A program made the translations under genes and the position numbers. A stretch of 29,931 nt of DNA, taken from a virus (lineage: Duplodnaviria > Caudoviricetes). Every line of letters starts with the position of its first letter. The stretch's first letter is position 1. The notes under the pieces were generated by a model. It searched no databases and was not told the DNA's origin. It saw nothing but the letters and a program-made list of their open reading frames with translations. This document shows positions 26,859 through 29,931 of this stretch, piece by piece. The DNA is taken from the IMG/VR virus record IMGVR_UViG_3300006103_000052, positions 1 through 29,931 of that record. The stretch is one strand, 5' to 3'.

Positions 26859-28200
26859 ACCAATCCTTTAATTCTGGAAATGTCGTTGCAAAATTTTTAT
26901 TGCGGCGTTGGTCATATTGCGTATAGAATGTTTTAAAATCTTTCTGCAATATGTCCATAGAACTTGCGCCAGCATGTGGAGATTCTACACTATTTAAGTA
27001 TTCTATAAGACGACGAATATGCTCTACTTCCATCTGATGTAGCCATTTGCTATCACTCCAACGATCAAGAAACGCTTGCAACCGTGCTGCACATTCTTGT
27101 TTTATTTTATCTGGCATCACCAATGGACTTTGAAAACTTGGAAAGCGTAAAATGTTCAAAGTAACTGTTAAACTTTCACGACCATATGCCTGTTTAAAAT
27201 CAATCATGTGTTCTAAGAAATCAGGAAGTTTAGGCAAACATAATCCATTAATAGTTGCCATAACATGTAGTTGTTTTACAGTACCGCTCTTAAACAGTTT
27301 AACCATATTATCAAACCATTGGTAATAATTTAAACCATCACGAATATACTCTGCTTGACCATTTAAACTTTCACAACTAGTATAAACTTCAATATCCAAG
27401 CCTTGAATAACATCAATAAACTTATCAATTTGTTTATCATCCATACCTAAATTACTGTTGATTGCTAATTTAGTTTGGCTTTTGCCCTGATTTTCTTTAA
27501 ACCATTCTAACAACTTCCATGTATGTCCACTCATAAGTGGTTCGCCGCCAGTGATACGAAGTTCACGCAGCGTTTTGTGTAGATCGCTCTCCCACCACTT
27601 AAAAAAGGCTTCTACATAGGGATTGGTATCACTAAATCCATAGAGTTGGCTACTGTCGTGAGTATGTGTAAAATGATTACGCCCATCGCTATGAAGCCCG
27701 CTATAACCGCCATTCGTCTTAATATCTCGGACCCAGGTCGTGCTAAATGCAGGATTACAATAGCTGCAGGCAAAATTGCAAGTACGGTCAAAGGCTATCT
27801 CCAAGGTTCTTAAATTTACATCGTTTTCAGGTAGAAGATTAAATGCATCATTTAATTCTTCTTCACTGAATATCATACTTTTATAAGGGCGGTCACTTAT
27901 AGCGGTTGCACTGCTATCTTCAATACGCCAACAATATTCACAACCACTTGGACGCTCACCCTTCTGCATTTGCGCACGTTGCGCTTTCTTTTCAGGTGTA
28001 TTGTGAAGTGCGGCAGGATTCGCCAACACTTGTTCCAAAGTTACCTGATGAGGTAACGGATGATGACAACTCGTGGTCTGACCACTTCCTAACCAGATAG
28101 TTGCATTATACCACTTTGCACCACAGAATGATGCACTCTTGGTATCTAATACTCGCTGTTTATATTCTAGATAAGATTCGTTTGGTAATTTACTTCGCAT
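26845..28200 (-). CDS. Radical SAM protein with N-terminal twitch-like domain (#2)
   Basis: FCGAKW..SCHHP..CEYCW, then CNFACSYC and TGGEPL. Probable start 28200. Confidence 0.93.
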   Translation of the reverse strand: MRSKLPNESYLEYKQRVLDTKSASFCGAKWYNATIWLGSGQTTSCHHPLPHQVTLEQVLANPAALHNTPEKKAQRAQMQKGERPSGCEYCWRIEDSSATAISDRPYKSMIFSEEELNDAFNLLPENDVNLRTLEIAFDRTCNFACSYCNPAFSTTWVRDIKTNGGYSGLHSDGRNHFTHTHDSSQLYGFSDTNPYVEAFFKWWESDLHKTLRELRITGGEPLMSGHTWKLLEWFKENQGKSQTKLAINSNLGMDDKQIDKFIDVIQGLDIEVYTSCESLNGQAEYIRDGLNYYQWFDNMVKLFKSGTVKQLHVMATINGLCLPKLPDFLEHMIDFKQAYGRESLTVTLNILRFPSFQSPLVMPDKIKQECAARLQAFLDRWSDSKWLHQMEVEHIRRLIEYLNSVESPHAGASSMDILQKDFKTFYTQYDQRRNKNFATTFPELKDWYDKL

Positions 28201-29629
28201 TATCTGCCCAATACTTACAATTATTATACCAGTCACTCATCTCTGGAAATGTCTCAATAAAATTAGTTTTACGGCGAGCATCATGCTCATTAAAGAAACG
28301 ATAGAAATCTGCCATAGCAGTTGTATCTTCACGGTGATGTTCATGCATCCAATCTATTACACGTTGAAGTTTAGCAATTTCATAATCCTTGAACCCATTG
28401 AAACGTGTAGCAACTGTTTCTGCTTGTGGCCTCATCCAATGAACAATATTCTGCAAGAACCAAGCATAACTTGGCGGTAAAATATCAATACATTGCCATG
28501 CAGGTTCACGAAGGATTGGAGTATCAAACCAAATGCGTTGATAAGTCTTACTATACTTGGCACGAAGTTCAAGTATCCATTCCATTAGTTCTTTGAGACT
28601 CGTAATGTTCAACACATTCATTGTAATAATAAATGTAACGCTATTACGACTTGGAACTTCAGTTAAGAACCGTTCTACATTACTCTTCATAAGTTCAAAA
28701 TCAAGACCATGGCGAGCATATTCAGCACGTTCTCCGTATCCGTCGATAGAGACAAACTGCATGAAATGCTCTAGCACATGGTTACCACACATATGTTTGA
28801 CATAGGTAAGATACTTGTCAAACACATATTCATCTTGACTAAAGTTTGAAGTTACATTAAGATGTAAATCTTTCTTTGGATTCTCTAGCACATAATCAAA
28901 CACACGATAGGTATTGCGATCCATAAGTGGCTCGCCGCCTGTCATGCGGAAATGTTTTAGGTTAGGGTAGAGTTCTGGCCACCATCGCCAGAACGCATCA
29001 ACATAAGGATTATCTTCCCGATTTGGTATAGGTTTACGATCACTCCCAAAATAAGAAGGGCTATTATGGTTATTAGAAGTAGGATAAGCACCATATTCAT
29101 TGATTTCCTTCATCCAACTCGTGCTGAACTGTGGACTGCAATAGGAGCAACTTAAATTACAAGCACTGTTAAAGTTTACTTCAACATACGCAGGATTCGT
29201 ATTCCATGTCAGAGGGTCTTGAACCAAAATCTCGCTAAACTTCTCAGCAGCCCAAGGTTCCCCCGATCTGTAATGTCGGTCGGATAGGTTTCCCGTGGCT
29301 TCAACACGCCAGCAATATGAACATTCTTCTGGCTTCTCTCCACCAAGCATTCGTGCTCTCTGGGTCTTTTTATGAGCGGTGTTATGGAGCGCACTGGGGT
29401 TACTTTTAAGTTCATTAGCATCAATCCTATGCAGCGGTGGATGATAACAACTGTTGGTATGACCAGTTGTTAGGTGCAAACTAGTCTGTTGCCACTTTGC
29501 AAGACACAAAGCAGGTCCAAGTTTCTTTTGCATTTGTTCAGCACTAGACATAAAGTCGCTGTGAAGGTTGCCATCGCTATCAGCGACCGCCCGATCACCA
29601 TTGTTGTCTAGCAGCGTTTCGGATGACAT
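28190..29629 (-). CDS. Radical SAM protein with N-terminal twitch-like domain (#1)
   Basis: LCLAKW..SCYHP..CSYCW, then CNLSCSYC and TGGEPL. Probable start 29629 after AAAGGG. Confidence 0.93.
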   Translation of the reverse strand: MSSETLLDNNGDRAVADSDGNLHSDFMSSAEQMQKKLGPALCLAKWQQTSLHLTTGHTNSCYHPPLHRIDANELKSNPSALHNTAHKKTQRARMLGGEKPEECSYCWRVEATGNLSDRHYRSGEPWAAEKFSEILVQDPLTWNTNPAYVEVNFNSACNLSCSYCSPQFSTSWMKEINEYGAYPTSNNHNSPSYFGSDRKPIPNREDNPYVDAFWRWWPELYPNLKHFRMTGGEPLMDRNTYRVFDYVLENPKKDLHLNVTSNFSQDEYVFDKYLTYVKHMCGNHVLEHFMQFVSIDGYGERAEYARHGLDFELMKSNVERFLTEVPSRNSVTFIITMNVLNITSLKELMEWILELRAKYSKTYQRIWFDTPILREPAWQCIDILPPSYAWFLQNIVHWMRPQAETVATRFNGFKDYEIAKLQRVIDWMHEHHREDTTAMADFYRFFNEHDARRKTNFIETFPEMSDWYNNCKYWADNAK

Positions 29630-29931
29630 TATTAAAATCCCTTTCTGGCAACATAATATCAACATTATGATACTGTCGCTGATTACGCTTGAACCATGCA
29701 CTTTGCTCAGGCGACATACTCAGTATATCAAGGTTTAGTCGTTTACGCAATATATTTGCAAACTGTTCGCTCTGCTGTAGTCCTTTATCCATTGTAAAGT
29801 TCCATAGGATATCAAGTTTCTTAAAGTCACGAACTTCATGATAGTCCCAATCATCTTCAAACATGGTCATGTAAGCACCTTGTCTGGCACCCATTATTGC
29901 CCATTTGCCAAACTCTACATCACAACCAACA
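29595..29931 (-). CDS. C-terminal part of a probable phage glycosyltransferase-like protein (5'-truncated)
   Basis: Frame is open to the window edge: VGCDVEFGKWAIMGARQG...DWDYHEVRDF. Resembles the C-terminal region of phage GT-like proteins as I recall them; the catalytic part is not visible. Confidence 0.5.
   Translation of the reverse strand, partial: VGCDVEFGKWAIMGARQGAYMTMFEDDWDYHEVRDFKKLDILWNFTMDKGLQQSEQFANILRKRLNLDILSMSPEQSAWFKRNQRQYHNVDIMLPERDFNNVIRNAARQQW

Noticed and set aside
23116-29629. RiPP cluster with a precursor peptide
   Set aside because: The genes overlap, leaving no room for a short precursor ORF, and no RRE/PqqD domain, peptidase or transporter is seen in the operon. 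A precursor outside the window cannot be excluded.
1-29931. Stop-codon reassignment
   Set aside because: Known genes are full length under the standard bacterial code and coding density is high.

Overview
This window is a gene-dense fragment of a large, AT-rich dsDNA tailed phage (Caudoviricetes) with a T4-related replication module. No tRNA, rRNA, CRISPR or IS element was seen. The plus strand (1-19334) carries a DsbA/GapR-like protein, a family B DNA polymerase, a SAM methyltransferase, a probable sliding clamp, a cupin, an RNase H/5'-3' exonuclease and an early-type region in which most genes have their own copy of a repeated TTGACA-N16-TATATT promoter. It continues with a MoxR AAA+/vWA-peptidase pair, DHFR, ThyA, an NDP-sugar epimerase and a DegT aminotransferase. 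The minus strand (19309-29931) is one tightly coupled operon: a partial glycosyltransferase-like gene, five tandem radical SAM genes with N-terminal twitch/SPASM-like cysteine motifs, an orphan, and a 902-aa Trp/Asp-rich repeat protein ending in a GT-A-like domain. Two candidates for novelty stand out. One is the radical SAM/glycosylation cluster. The other is a hairpin after moxR whose loop is complementary to the ribosome-binding sites of moxR and neighbouring genes. All calls come from reading motifs by eye; no searches were run.
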